A stretch of DNA of 24,651 nucleotides from Granulicella sp. Its GTDB lineage: Bacteria; Acidobacteriota; Terriglobia; Terriglobales; Acidobacteriaceae. Under the pieces are notes generated by a model. It ran no database searches. It was not told the DNA's origin and saw only the letters and a program-made list of their open reading frames with translations. This document shows, piece after piece, positions 8,079 to 16,327 of the stretch (position 1 is the first letter of the stretch; each line of letters begins with the position of its first letter). The DNA lies in NCBI GenBank assembly GCA_027339965.1, contig DAHWNL010000067.1, positions 1 through 24,651 of the forward strand, given 5' to 3'. Both the position numbers and the translations under genes were made by a program.

Positions 8079-8235
8079 GGGCGTCAACCTCTTGCCGTGA
8101 GTGTATCGCGGGCAGAGGGGGCGTCTCGCCAGGGGTCCAAGGCGTATTCTTGGGGTGAGGTTCAGCTCGCCCGGAGATGCTCGGCGAGTGGTTCTCCGGG
8201 CTTTGAGCTGAGGGGATGACGTAGAGAGGGTATCG

Positions 8236-8583
8236 ATGGAAGAACGCGACTTCTTCGACGAAGTGACGGAACGCAAGGTTCACAAGATGGTTTGTCCGCA
8301 CTGTGGGCAGGCGGCGGAGTATGAGCTGAACTGGCTGGTTCGGCGCAAGCGCGCACAGCTTCCACGGGGCGCCAATGAGAATGACCGCGCGCGGTTCGCC
8401 AAGGCGCGCAGCTACATGCTGCGGATGGATGATCTGGCCGGCTGTAAAAACATCCGTTGCCGCAAGCGGTTCGAGGTGGTGGGAGTTCAATCGGTGGCCG
8501 ATCTGCAGGAGGTGGCTGCCGGGTCGGCGGAGAATCGCGCGGAGCGGATCCGGGCAGCTTTCGGGCGGCGCACGCTGGGCTGA
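8236..8583 (+). CDS. Hypothetical protein with a probable zinc-ribbon (CPHC ... CKNIRC)
   Basis: 115 aa, GAGAGGG before ATG, GC3-rich codons, two Cys pairs. Confidence 0.8.
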   Translation: MEERDFFDEVTERKVHKMVCPHCGQAAEYELNWLVRRKRAQLPRGANENDRARFAKARSYMLRMDDLAGCKNIRCRKRFEVVGVQSVADLQEVAAGSAENRAERIRAAFGRRTLG

Positions 8584-8725
8584 GCCGAACCCGGCCAGGG
8601 CATGGCGAGGGCAGTGATCCGCAGAGTCGTGACCGGTGGATGGCGCAGCGCCAGGGCGCTCGGTGGGGAAGGCGCCGGTCAGTTTGCCGTTGGATCTTGA
8701 GCGGGGCGGAGAGCGGGCAGGACGA

Positions 8726-9847
8726 TCAGCGAGCGTGCAACTGCTGTAACAGTTGCAGATAATGGACCACATCATCACGGGAGAGCAGGCCCACGAACTC
8801 GTGGCCCTTCAGGACGGGCATCTGATTGATGCCGTCGCGCCCCATCTTGTCCAGCGCCGTCCAAAGCTCCGCCTCCGGTGCGGTGGTGCTGAGATTGGCC
8901 ATGGGGATCATGGCCGCCTCAGCCGTGGTGGAGGGCCAGTCGGAGGGGGGCACGGCCTTGATGCTGTGCAGCGTGAGCAGGCCCAGAACCTGACCGTCCT
9001 GCTGGACCAGAAAACAGCGTCTTCCGTGACGCAGAATCTCTTCGTCGACGATGGTTTTCAAGCTCGTATGGGCGGCGACGCGCAGGCCCTCGTTGCCTAG
9101 CGCTTCGGAGACCTTGTGCCCGACGAGCAGGTTCTGGACCAGTTGCTGCTGCACCTGGGAGCTGGCGGCGCTCTCCAGAAACCATCCGATGAATGCGGTC
9201 CAGAGCCCGTTGAACAAAGCGCCGCGCAGGGCCATCCAGACGCCGGTCATGATGAAGAAGAAGCCGAAGAAGCGGCCCACGTTAGCCGCGATGAGCGTGG
9301 CGCGGCGGAAATCGCCGATCCAGCCCCAGACCGCGGCGCGGAAGATGCGGCCGCCATCCAGCGGAAAGCCGGGGATCAGGTTGAACAGGCCCAGCATGCC
9401 ATTGATGAGGGTGAGGTACTTCACCACAGCCAAGGCGGGGGCCACGCCTGCCAGCGGTGCCTGGAGCAGAAAAAAGATGCCCGCCAGGGCAAAGCTGGCC
9501 ACGGGGCCGACGATGGTCACGACAAACTCGGCACCCGCGCTGGCGGGGTCCTGGGCGACCTGGGCGACGCCCCCAAAGATGAACAGCGTAATCCGGCGCA
9601 CCGGGATCCTGTAATGCAGAGCGGCCGCGGAGTGCGCCAGTTCATGCAGGAGAATACTGCAAAAGAACAGGATCGCCGTGGCCACGCCCATCAACCATAG
9701 TTCAGCCGGAGGCGCGCCCTTCAAGGCCTGGGGATAATAACTGACGGCCAGAATCCAGATCAGCAGGCCGAAGATGAGAAACCAGGAGAGGTCCACATCG
9801 ATGGGGATTCCCATGATGCGCCCGATGGCGATGGTGTGACGAAGCAT
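8726..9847 (-). CDS. Site-2 protease (M50) with tandem C-terminal CBS domains
   Basis: IMGIPIDVDLSW, intact LLHELAHS, ITLFIFGGVA, FNLIPGFPLDGGR, then two CBS-like repeats (VLGLLTLHSIK, QMPVL...FVGLLSRDDV). Start moved to ATG 9847 (MLRHT). Confidence 0.92.
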   Translation of the reverse strand: MLRHTIAIGRIMGIPIDVDLSWFLIFGLLIWILAVSYYPQALKGAPPAELWLMGVATAILFFCSILLHELAHSAAALHYRIPVRRITLFIFGGVAQVAQDPASAGAEFVVTIVGPVASFALAGIFFLLQAPLAGVAPALAVVKYLTLINGMLGLFNLIPGFPLDGGRIFRAAVWGWIGDFRRATLIAANVGRFFGFFFIMTGVWMALRGALFNGLWTAFIGWFLESAASSQVQQQLVQNLLVGHKVSEALGNEGLRVAAHTSLKTIVDEEILRHGRRCFLVQQDGQVLGLLTLHSIKAVPPSDWPSTTAEAAMIPMANLSTTAPEAELWTALDKMGRDGINQMPVLKGHEFVGLLSRDDVVHYLQLLQQLHAR

Positions 9848-9944
9848 GGCTCTTTCAAACCTTCCTGGCGAAGAGGACAGACGCCGGTTTCTTCTCAGCC
9901 GGTTGCAAGAGCAGACATGCCGCGAAGTATTGATCTGCAAAGGG

Positions 9945-10441
9945 CTACGGGATGTGATGCCGGTAGGCTGGCGCCGGTTGCGCCGGCCTCGCCGGGCCGC
10001 TTGTCGAAACCGATCGCGGCCGCATCCAGACGCGCACGAGGCCGGTTTCCACCGCGATCGGCTGGCTCCCGAGGCAACACCCATGGCCAGGGCGAAAGGC
10101 CATCGGCAAGGTGGAGCGGAAAAGGGCAACAGCGGAGGAAACCACCACCGTGACGGTCTACTGCCTGCTTCGTTCGGAACGGACGCCGGAGCGATTCCAT
10201 AACGATTCGATGAGGTGGTTCGCCGACACTGGGGCGTCGAGAGTGCGCCTACACCGGGGATCCGACGTGGTGACGAGCGAGGATTAGGACCGCGCCAGGG
10301 CCGAAGATGGCCCGCACAATCTGGCCGTACTGCGCCGTCCGCGGTCACGTCCGCGCCGGCCTGCGCGCCGAAGATGGCCCGCACAATCTGGCCGTACTGC
10401 GCCACATGGCCCCCAAAGCTATGCAAAAGGGAGGTTTCCAA
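9945..10441 (-). pseudogene. Possible decayed membrane-protein gene
   Basis: GGGAG-TTG start at 10441. Protein-like hydrophobic pieces lie in different frames (AQYGQIVRAIFG, YGIAPASVP, VVVSSAVALF, FALAMGVASG, IAVETGLVRVW), with an out-of-frame 37-bp duplication. Confidence 0.25.
10300..10403. repeat. Exact 37-bp direct repeat, two copies (10300-10336 and 10367-10403), 30-bp spacer
   Basis: GCCGAAGATGGCCCGCACAATCTGGCCGTACTGCGCC occurs twice with period 67. Confidence 0.95.
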
Positions 10442-10673
10442 GGCTCCCTGCGCTGAAGATTCAAACGCGCCGGCCTGGGCGACCGGCTGTTATTCAAGCC
10501 CTTGGGTGCGTTTTGAAGTGCGCTGGCCCTCTGGATGGCTGGGCCCGGATGAGCGCGCGGTCGCCTTTTTATGATTTAATCCAGGGTGTGCTGGTTTGTG
10601 GAAGATTTCGCGGTCCGAACCGAAACGAAGAGCGCGCACAAGTTGGCGGCAAGGAGGTAGGGAATTGGCCAAT

Positions 10674-10949
10674 ATGTTGATCCCCGTGGAGGAGCGTCAC
10701 CTGACTCCGGAGCAGGTGGCCCAGATGGATCGCCGCAGGCGCCGTGGCCAGTTGCTTCTGGTGATGGGCTTCCAGACATTTCTCGTCGGCACTCTGGTGA
10801 CCGTCTGGAGCGGCCAGGATCTCACCTATTCTCCAGGTTGGATCCATCCCATGGCCTATTGGAACGCGTTTCTCTACCTCGCCTCGCTCACCTGCTTCGT
10901 CGCCGGAATTCGGTTGCGGCGCGGGTTGAATGAGTTTTTCAGCTATTAG
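10674..10949 (+). CDS. Small 2-TM membrane protein, function unknown (91 aa)
   Basis: MLIPVEERHLTPEQV, poly-Arg stretch, two hydrophobic segments; GGAGG/GGGA upstream of ATG 10674. Confidence 0.75.
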   Translation: MLIPVEERHLTPEQVAQMDRRRRRGQLLLVMGFQTFLVGTLVTVWSGQDLTYSPGWIHPMAYWNAFLYLASLTCFVAGIRLRRGLNEFFSY

Positions 10950-11242
10950 TCAGGAGAAGATCGCTTCCGGAAGCGCTTTGCCAGAGTCTTCACCATCATA
11001 AGCTTGGGCAAGGTTCAGCTCATCTCTCAAACTGCTATTTCACTTTTGGCTACGCCGCAATCAAAGAAGCGCCGCGCCTGCGCACTAGCCTTGCGAGGAT
11101 CAGCCTGGCTCTGAGATCCCTGCGGAAGAATTCTGTGACCCATCAGCGTTGCGGGAAGGGTCCACAAAGGATTCCATGGGAGATCTCTGAGGTGGTCCGG
11201 CGCAGGCAATGGCGACTTGGCATAGATTCTCTCGGACGCAGG

Positions 11243-11270
11243 AAACGGCGGGCATCTGCCCGCCGTTTTC
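11243..11270 (+). terminator. Intrinsic terminator-like hairpin
   Basis: AAACGGCGGGC-atct-GCCCGCCGTTT(T): 11-bp stem with a T run, between the small membrane gene and the Fe-S oxidoreductase gene. Confidence 0.65.
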
Positions 11271-11363
11271 GTTGGCTCACTGCAGCGGATGGGAAGCTCT
11301 GTTATCTTGCTGTGCGCTGGGCTTTGGCATCAGATCCGGCGCTGAAGTTTGAAGGAGTTCGGG

Positions 11364-13331
11364 ATGACGGCTGCGGGGATGCTTGTCGGGATCGTTGGGC
11401 TAAGACTGAATCTTCGGTTAGCCGAGCCGGCGAGCTTGGGGCTGGGAGCGAGAGTTCTGCTGGCGGCTTTGATGCTGGGGTCCGCAGGGTTGTTCGCCTG
11501 GCGCGGTGCGCCCATCGCGCGCGCCATCTGGGGATCAAAGAAGGATACGGACCTTCGTCTGCGCCCGTTGGGCCGCCGCGGGTGGAGGTTCTTCTGGGAA
11601 GTCCTGTGCCAGGCCAAGGTGATTCGGCAACGGAGGCTCCCCGGGCTGGCGCATGCGTTGGTGTACTGGGGTTTCCTGGCCTTTGCGCTGGTGACCATCA
11701 ACGATCTGGCGGAGGGATTTGGCTGCGATCTTCTGGCCCGCGCAGGAGCGTTTGGAGCGTTTTATGTAGCGTTTGCCGGGGCGTGGGCGCTGTTGGTCGC
11801 TTTCGCCATTGCGGGACTCTTTGCGCGCCGGTTTCTGGCGCGGCCCAAGTGGCTGGGGGAGGTCTCTCTCGAATCCGGTGTCATTGCTTTGTTGATCTTT
11901 GCGCTGATGGCGACCTATCTGGCCATGCTGGTGGTGCCGCAGCGCAGCCCTGCTGCCGCCTGTCTCTGGTGGGCACACACGCTGGTGCTGCTGGCATTTT
12001 TGCCCATCATTCCTGGAACCAAACACCTGCATCTGTTGCTGAGTCCGCTGACGGTTTTCCTGAAGCGGCCGGAGTTTTCGCAGCTCTCCAAGCTGGAGGG
12101 CGATGAGGAGTTCGGACTGGTGACAGGCAAGGATCTTACCCGGATCATCGCGCTGCAGGCCTACAGTTGCGTCGAGTGTGGACGCTGTACGGAGCACTGC
12201 CCCGCGGCGGCAACGGGCAAGGTGCTGAACCCCAAGGAGGTGGTGCTGGGGGTAAAGGCCTATTTGAACAGCTATGGACCGGGTAGTGACGCTCCGCTTC
12301 TCCAGGACGAGCCGGAAGGCCGGCAGAAGGCGCTCTCCATGCCGGCGGCTTTTGCTTGCACCACCTGCGGAAGCTGCGAGTACCAGTGTCCGGTGGGGGT
12401 GCAGCACCTGCCGGTGCTGATCGGTCTGCGGCGAGGCGCGGTGAACACCGGCGCATGGGAGGACCGCTATGGCACCAAACTCTTTCTGAGCCTGGAGCGG
12501 CAAGGGAACTCGCTGGGCATGGGCGCGGCGGAGCGCGACAAGTTCATTGCCAAGCAGAGGTTTCCGCTCTTCGACGGCAGTCAGGAGTACTGCCTTTGGT
12601 TGGGTTGCATGGGCAGTTACGACCCCAAGGGGCGGGAGATTGTCGCTGACTTTGCCCGCGTCATGCAAGCCCTGGGAACCAGTTTCGGAGTGCTGAAGAA
12701 GGAGAGTTGTGCGGGCGATCCGGCGCGGCGGCTGGGCAATGATCTGCTCTTCGGAGAGCTTGCGGAGCAGGGTTTGAAGAGCTTTGCCCAGGCTGGGGTG
12801 AAGAAGATCGTCACCGTCTGTCCGCACTGTTTGCGGACCATCGCCAGCGACTGGCGGGAGTATGGCGTTGCGCCGGAGATCGAACACCACTCCGAGTTCA
12901 TGGCGCGGCACGCGGCTCTGCTGGAGCGGTTGATGGTCGGTGAGCAGGGAGGGAGCGTCGTCTATCACGACCCTTGCTATCTGGGTCGCTACCGCGAGGT
13001 CTATGAACCGCCGCGGGCGGTGGTGGCCATGGCCGGGGAGCTGGTCGAGGCAGAGAGGCATCGAGAGCGCTCGTTCTGCTGCGGAGCCGGCGGCGGGCTG
13101 GCGTTTCTGGGCGAAGAGGCTGGAGACCGAGTGAGCCATGGGCGAACCAGGGAGTTGATGGAGACCGGAGCGAAGACGATTGGAACCGCCTGTCCGTTCT
13201 GCAACTCGATGTTCCGCGATGCGTTGGGTGAGGTGGGCGGAGCGGCGCCGCCGCAACTGCTGGATATCGCACAACTGGTAGCGCGGCGTTTGCCGGCGCA
13301 GGCGCTGGATTCCGGCGAACTGAAGGGCTGA
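11364..13331 (+). CDS. fadF: Membrane-bound Fe-S oxidoreductase, FadF/heterodisulfide-reductase-like (probable ETF:quinone oxidoreductase)
   Basis: N-terminal TM region with His residues (AHAL, AHTL, KHLH), two CxxCxxCxxxCP motifs (CVECGRCTEHCP, CTTCGSCEYQCP), and CCG domains (LGC, ESCAGD, CPHC, HDPC, FCCGAGGG, CPFC). AAGGAG precedes ATG 11364. Confidence 0.88.
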   Translation: MTAAGMLVGIVGLRLNLRLAEPASLGLGARVLLAALMLGSAGLFAWRGAPIARAIWGSKKDTDLRLRPLGRRGWRFFWEVLCQAKVIRQRRLPGLAHALVYWGFLAFALVTINDLAEGFGCDLLARAGAFGAFYVAFAGAWALLVAFAIAGLFARRFLARPKWLGEVSLESGVIALLIFALMATYLAMLVVPQRSPAAACLWWAHTLVLLAFLPIIPGTKHLHLLLSPLTVFLKRPEFSQLSKLEGDEEFGLVTGKDLTRIIALQAYSCVECGRCTEHCPAAATGKVLNPKEVVLGVKAYLNSYGPGSDAPLLQDEPEGRQKALSMPAAFACTTCGSCEYQCPVGVQHLPVLIGLRRGAVNTGAWEDRYGTKLFLSLERQGNSLGMGAAERDKFIAKQRFPLFDGSQEYCLWLGCMGSYDPKGREIVADFARVMQALGTSFGVLKKESCAGDPARRLGNDLLFGELAEQGLKSFAQAGVKKIVTVCPHCLRTIASDWREYGVAPEIEHHSEFMARHAALLERLMVGEQGGSVVYHDPCYLGRYREVYEPPRAVVAMAGELVEAERHRERSFCCGAGGGLAFLGEEAGDRVSHGRTRELMETGAKTIGTACPFCNSMFRDALGEVGGAAPPQLLDIAQLVARRLPAQALDSGELKG

Positions 13332-13421
13332 AGGCGGCTCGGGTGGAGCAGAGGCACAAAACGGGTTCGGTACCGGTTAGGGTAGGCTGGCCGTGGCTGT
13401 TTTTTTAGAGCGGAGTTGGGG

Positions 13422-14231
13422 ATGAAGATTGTTGTAGCCGTAAAGCAGGTTCCGGAACGAGAGGCGGTGCTGCGCGTGACCCCCGATGGCCGCAGCATTG
13501 ACGAGAGTGATGTGGCATGGACGATGAATGAGCCGGATGCCTATGCCCTGGAAGAGGCGCTGCAGTTGAAGCAGCGCGCGGCAGAGGCAGGTCTGGGGGA
13601 GGCTGAGGTGGTGGTGCTGAGTGCCGGGCCGGAGCGGGTCCAGAGCACATTGCGGGAGGCTTTGGCCAAGGGCGCGGACCGTGCCCTGCATGTGGTGACG
13701 CCGGAGAGCGGGGAAGGTTCGCTGGCAGAGCGCGGCTCATTGGACGTGGCTCGGCTGCTGGCGGAGGCGGTGAAGGGCGAGCAGCCGGAGCTGGTGCTGA
13801 CAGGGTTACAGTCGGATGATCTCGGAGCCGGACAGACGGGTGTGGTGATGGCCGAGCTGCTGGGGCTTCCGCACGCCACGCTGGTGTTGCAGGTGGAGTT
13901 TGCAGGCCAGGGAGGGGTTGGCCGCCGGATCAAGGTTCGGCGCGAGCTGGAGGATGGATGGACCCAGTTCGTCGAGGTGCCGCTGCCGGCGTTGCTGACC
14001 ATCCAGTCCGGCGGCAATCGGCTGCGCTATGCGACCTTGATGGGCATCAAGCGGGCCCGGCAGAAGGAGATGCGTGAGTTATCCGCGGCGACCCCGACGC
14101 AGCGCGTCGATGAGGTAGTGAAGGTTTCTCCGCCGTTGCGCTTGAAGCAGACGGAGATGCTGACGGGAGCGGCGGAGGAGATTGCGGCCAAGCTGGTGGA
14201 GCGGTTGCGGTTTGAGGTGAAGGTGCTATGA
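13422..14231 (+). CDS. etfB: Electron transfer flavoprotein beta subunit
   Basis: MKIVVAVKQVP, MNEPDAYALEEALQLK, EALAKGADRA, LTGLQSDD...GQTG, RRELEDG, RYATLMGIKRA. Confidence 0.96.
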   Translation: MKIVVAVKQVPEREAVLRVTPDGRSIDESDVAWTMNEPDAYALEEALQLKQRAAEAGLGEAEVVVLSAGPERVQSTLREALAKGADRALHVVTPESGEGSLAERGSLDVARLLAEAVKGEQPELVLTGLQSDDLGAGQTGVVMAELLGLPHATLVLQVEFAGQGGVGRRIKVRRELEDGWTQFVEVPLPALLTIQSGGNRLRYATLMGIKRARQKEMRELSAATPTQRVDEVVKVSPPLRLKQTEMLTGAAEEIAAKLVERLRFEVKVL

Positions 14232-15244
14232 GCGCAGGCGTGTTGGTGGTGATGGAGACCAAAGACGTTCGGGAGCGCCGCGCCGAAGGTGGCGCTGCTT
14301 GGCACCGCGTCAGTCTGGAAGCGCTCACCGCTGGACAGATGCTGGCCGGAGAATTGGGTGTCGCTTGCTCGGCTGGGGTGCTGGGTGCGAGCGCAGCGAT
14401 CGCCCCGCTGGCTGCGGAGCTGTCCGCGCGGAGGCTGGAGACGGTCTGGGCCGTGGGCGATGATCTGCTGGCCGTGTATACCGCCGATGGCTGGACGATC
14501 GCGCTGGAGCAGCTGATTGCGCAAGTTGAACCGAAGTTCGTGGTGTTTCCGCACACCTACCAGGTGAGAGACTATGCGCCAGCGCTGGCTACTCGCCTGG
14601 GTGAAGTGCTGATCGGCGATGTGGCCGCGGTTCAGATGGCCGGCGAGCCGCGTGAACCGCTGTTCGTGCGGCAGTGGATGCAGGGCAAGCTGAATGCGGT
14701 CTACCGGCATCGAAAGCCGGGCGGAGTCTGTCTGCTATCGGTGCAGGCGGGAAGCTTCCGGGCCGATGCCGCGAAAGCGGGCCAGAGTCAGGTGCTGGAG
14801 TTTGCTCCCAAGCTGGCCGCGGAGAAGATCCGGACGGCGCCAAGTGAGCCGATTCGCGAGGCTGCGCGGACAGTGGACCTCTCTGTGGCGGAGGTGATTG
14901 TCGGGGTGGGACGAGGGATCGGCGAGCAGGAGAATCTTAAGCTGGTGGAGAATCTTGCCCAGGCGCTGGGAGCCGAACTCGCAGCCTCCCGGCCGATCTG
15001 CGATGCGGGCTGGTTGCCGTTGGAGCGTCAGGTTGGAAGCTCGGGGCAGACGGTCGCGCCCAAGCTGTATCTGGCCGTGGGCATCTCCGGCGCGATTCAA
15101 CACCTGGTGGGGATGAAGGGCGCTAAGACCGTGATTGCGATCAACAAGGACGCCGAAGCGCCGATCTTTGAGGTTGCGGATATTGGAGTGGTGGGAGACC
15201 TTTTCGAGGTGGTGCCTGCGCTGACCCGGGCCATACGCGGATAG
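14228..15244 (+). CDS. etfA: Electron transfer flavoprotein alpha subunit
   Basis: AEVIVGVGRG, AASRPICDAGW, QVGSSGQTVAPKLYLAVGISGAIQHLVGM, AINKDAEAPIFEVAD; ATGA overlap with etfB. Confidence 0.96.
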   Translation: MSAGVLVVMETKDVRERRAEGGAAWHRVSLEALTAGQMLAGELGVACSAGVLGASAAIAPLAAELSARRLETVWAVGDDLLAVYTADGWTIALEQLIAQVEPKFVVFPHTYQVRDYAPALATRLGEVLIGDVAAVQMAGEPREPLFVRQWMQGKLNAVYRHRKPGGVCLLSVQAGSFRADAAKAGQSQVLEFAPKLAAEKIRTAPSEPIREAARTVDLSVAEVIVGVGRGIGEQENLKLVENLAQALGAELAASRPICDAGWLPLERQVGSSGQTVAPKLYLAVGISGAIQHLVGMKGAKTVIAINKDAEAPIFEVADIGVVGDLFEVVPALTRAIRG

Positions 15245-15348
15245 GAGCGGCACATCTCGGCATGGGCCGCGGGGAGCGAAGTGGGGCGGGGCAAGAGGAA
15301 CTTCGCGAGACTCAAAGGGCTCGACTTGCGTCATAATAAAAAGAAGAG

Positions 15349-15391
15349 AGGCCAAGCCTGATCTTCGGTAAGACAGGCCAAGCCTGATCTT
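15349..15391 (+). repeat. Exact 17-bp direct repeat AGGCCAAGCCTGATCTT, two copies (15349-15365 and 15375-15391)
   Basis: Seen directly; lies just downstream of a CATAAT -10-like hexamer at 15332-15337. Confidence 0.9.
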
Positions 15392-15435
15392 GGTCCTGCT
15401 CCCAGCCTTTGAACAGATCAGTCCAACGCGGATGG

Positions 15436-15777
15436 ATGGATCCTACGCATTCCTTGTGCATGCGGGCGATCACTTTTGCGTGTCTGCTTCTCGTGACTGC
15501 GGCCAGTTCGCTGCAAGCCGTCCATATTCATGGGCAGTGGCTTCCGCAGCGGGCGGCGCACCTGACCACTCCTCCGGATGGTTCGCAGGTGCCGGGCGGC
15601 GAGGAGAATTGTCCCCTCTGCATGGCGATGCACACGGCCATGCCTGCGGCGGCGCGCATCGAGTTGCCGCACCTGGAATTGGTGGAGTGCAAAGAGATGC
15701 AGGCAAAGAATCATTTGCTTGAGACGCTATGGCACTATGCCACGTACAGCAAGCCTCCACCTGAGCAGACCCTCTGA
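15436..15777 (+). CDS. DUF2946/CruR-like small exported protein, putative regulatory upstream ORF
   Basis: Hydrophobic signal-like segment (AITFACLLLVTAASSLQA), HIH, CPLCMAMH and C-terminal YSKPPP, directly upstream of a TonB-dependent receptor. Start uncertain (15409, 15436 or 15460). Confidence 0.72.
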   Translation: MDPTHSLCMRAITFACLLLVTAASSLQAVHIHGQWLPQRAAHLTTPPDGSQVPGGEENCPLCMAMHTAMPAAARIELPHLELVECKEMQAKNHLLETLWHYATYSKPPPEQTL

Positions 15778-16327
15778 CCCTCTCCAGCCAAGAGAGCCGC
15801 GTTTCAGGTAGCACGAGAGCGAACAACGTTCGTTCCGTTCTTCATTCTTCCCGGAATTGGACAAATCATTCGGTTGGCGTAAGCCGAAGCCTTTGCGGGC
15901 ATAAGCTTCAGGATTTTGTCCGGCAGACGTTCTGATTGTCCATCTGAACAGCCCATCCGAGGCGATCTTCTCTTTCTACCCTGTAACGCGGGGTAAGACG
16001 AGCATGGGACTGGGGTCAGAGACTACCTTCCCCAAGGGGATATCGAGACGCAAACAATGGCGTTTCCTGGTGGGAAGATCTGCTCCGTAACTGCAAGGCT
16101 TCGCAGGACGCCGGGGAAAAAGGGATAGGAAGTCCTGTCTGGAGTTGCCGCGGAGCAACCACCGCGTCTGGCGCTATTTCGATTCAGCAGCCGAATGCTC
16201 TGGATTCATCTCTGCCGGTTGCTTTTTCAGCCAGATCATTTGAGGACGCATCGGCATGCTGTGGTGGCCGTGGGGTGAGAGCCCTGGTGCTGCCCGGTGC
16301 GGGTTTTGATCGACAGGAGGGTTTTCC
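15778..16327 (+). promoter_or_regulatory. Long, apparently multi-stem leader/intergenic RNA upstream of the TonB receptor
   Basis: Several nested complementary pairs seen by eye (see findings), no credible CDS, AGGAGG RBS at 16315-16320. Confidence 0.45.

Noticed and set aside
9930..9943. FNR-like site TTGAT-ctgc-AAAGG upstream of the M50+CBS gene
   Set aside because: Only one half-site matches TTGAT-N4-ATCAA.
10300..10403. CRISPR array
   Set aside because: Only two repeats, no cas genes, no AT-rich leader adjacent and no typical repeat end; better explained as a local duplication.
9848..10441. 198-aa N-terminal extension of the M50+CBS ORF
   Set aside because: Mostly not protein-like; the family pattern begins at MLRHTIAIG (9847).
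11535..13274. 579-aa minus-strand ORF
   Set aside because: Antisense shadow of the Fe-S oxidoreductase gene.
16040..16150. Cobalamin or c-di-GMP-I riboswitch upstream of the TonB receptor
   Set aside because: GGGAA...CTGCTCCGTAACTG and GACGCAAA are suggestive fragments, but the intervening stems, the GCCACTG element and the B12 box (or the GCAAA/GAAA stem) are missing. cmscan would settle it.
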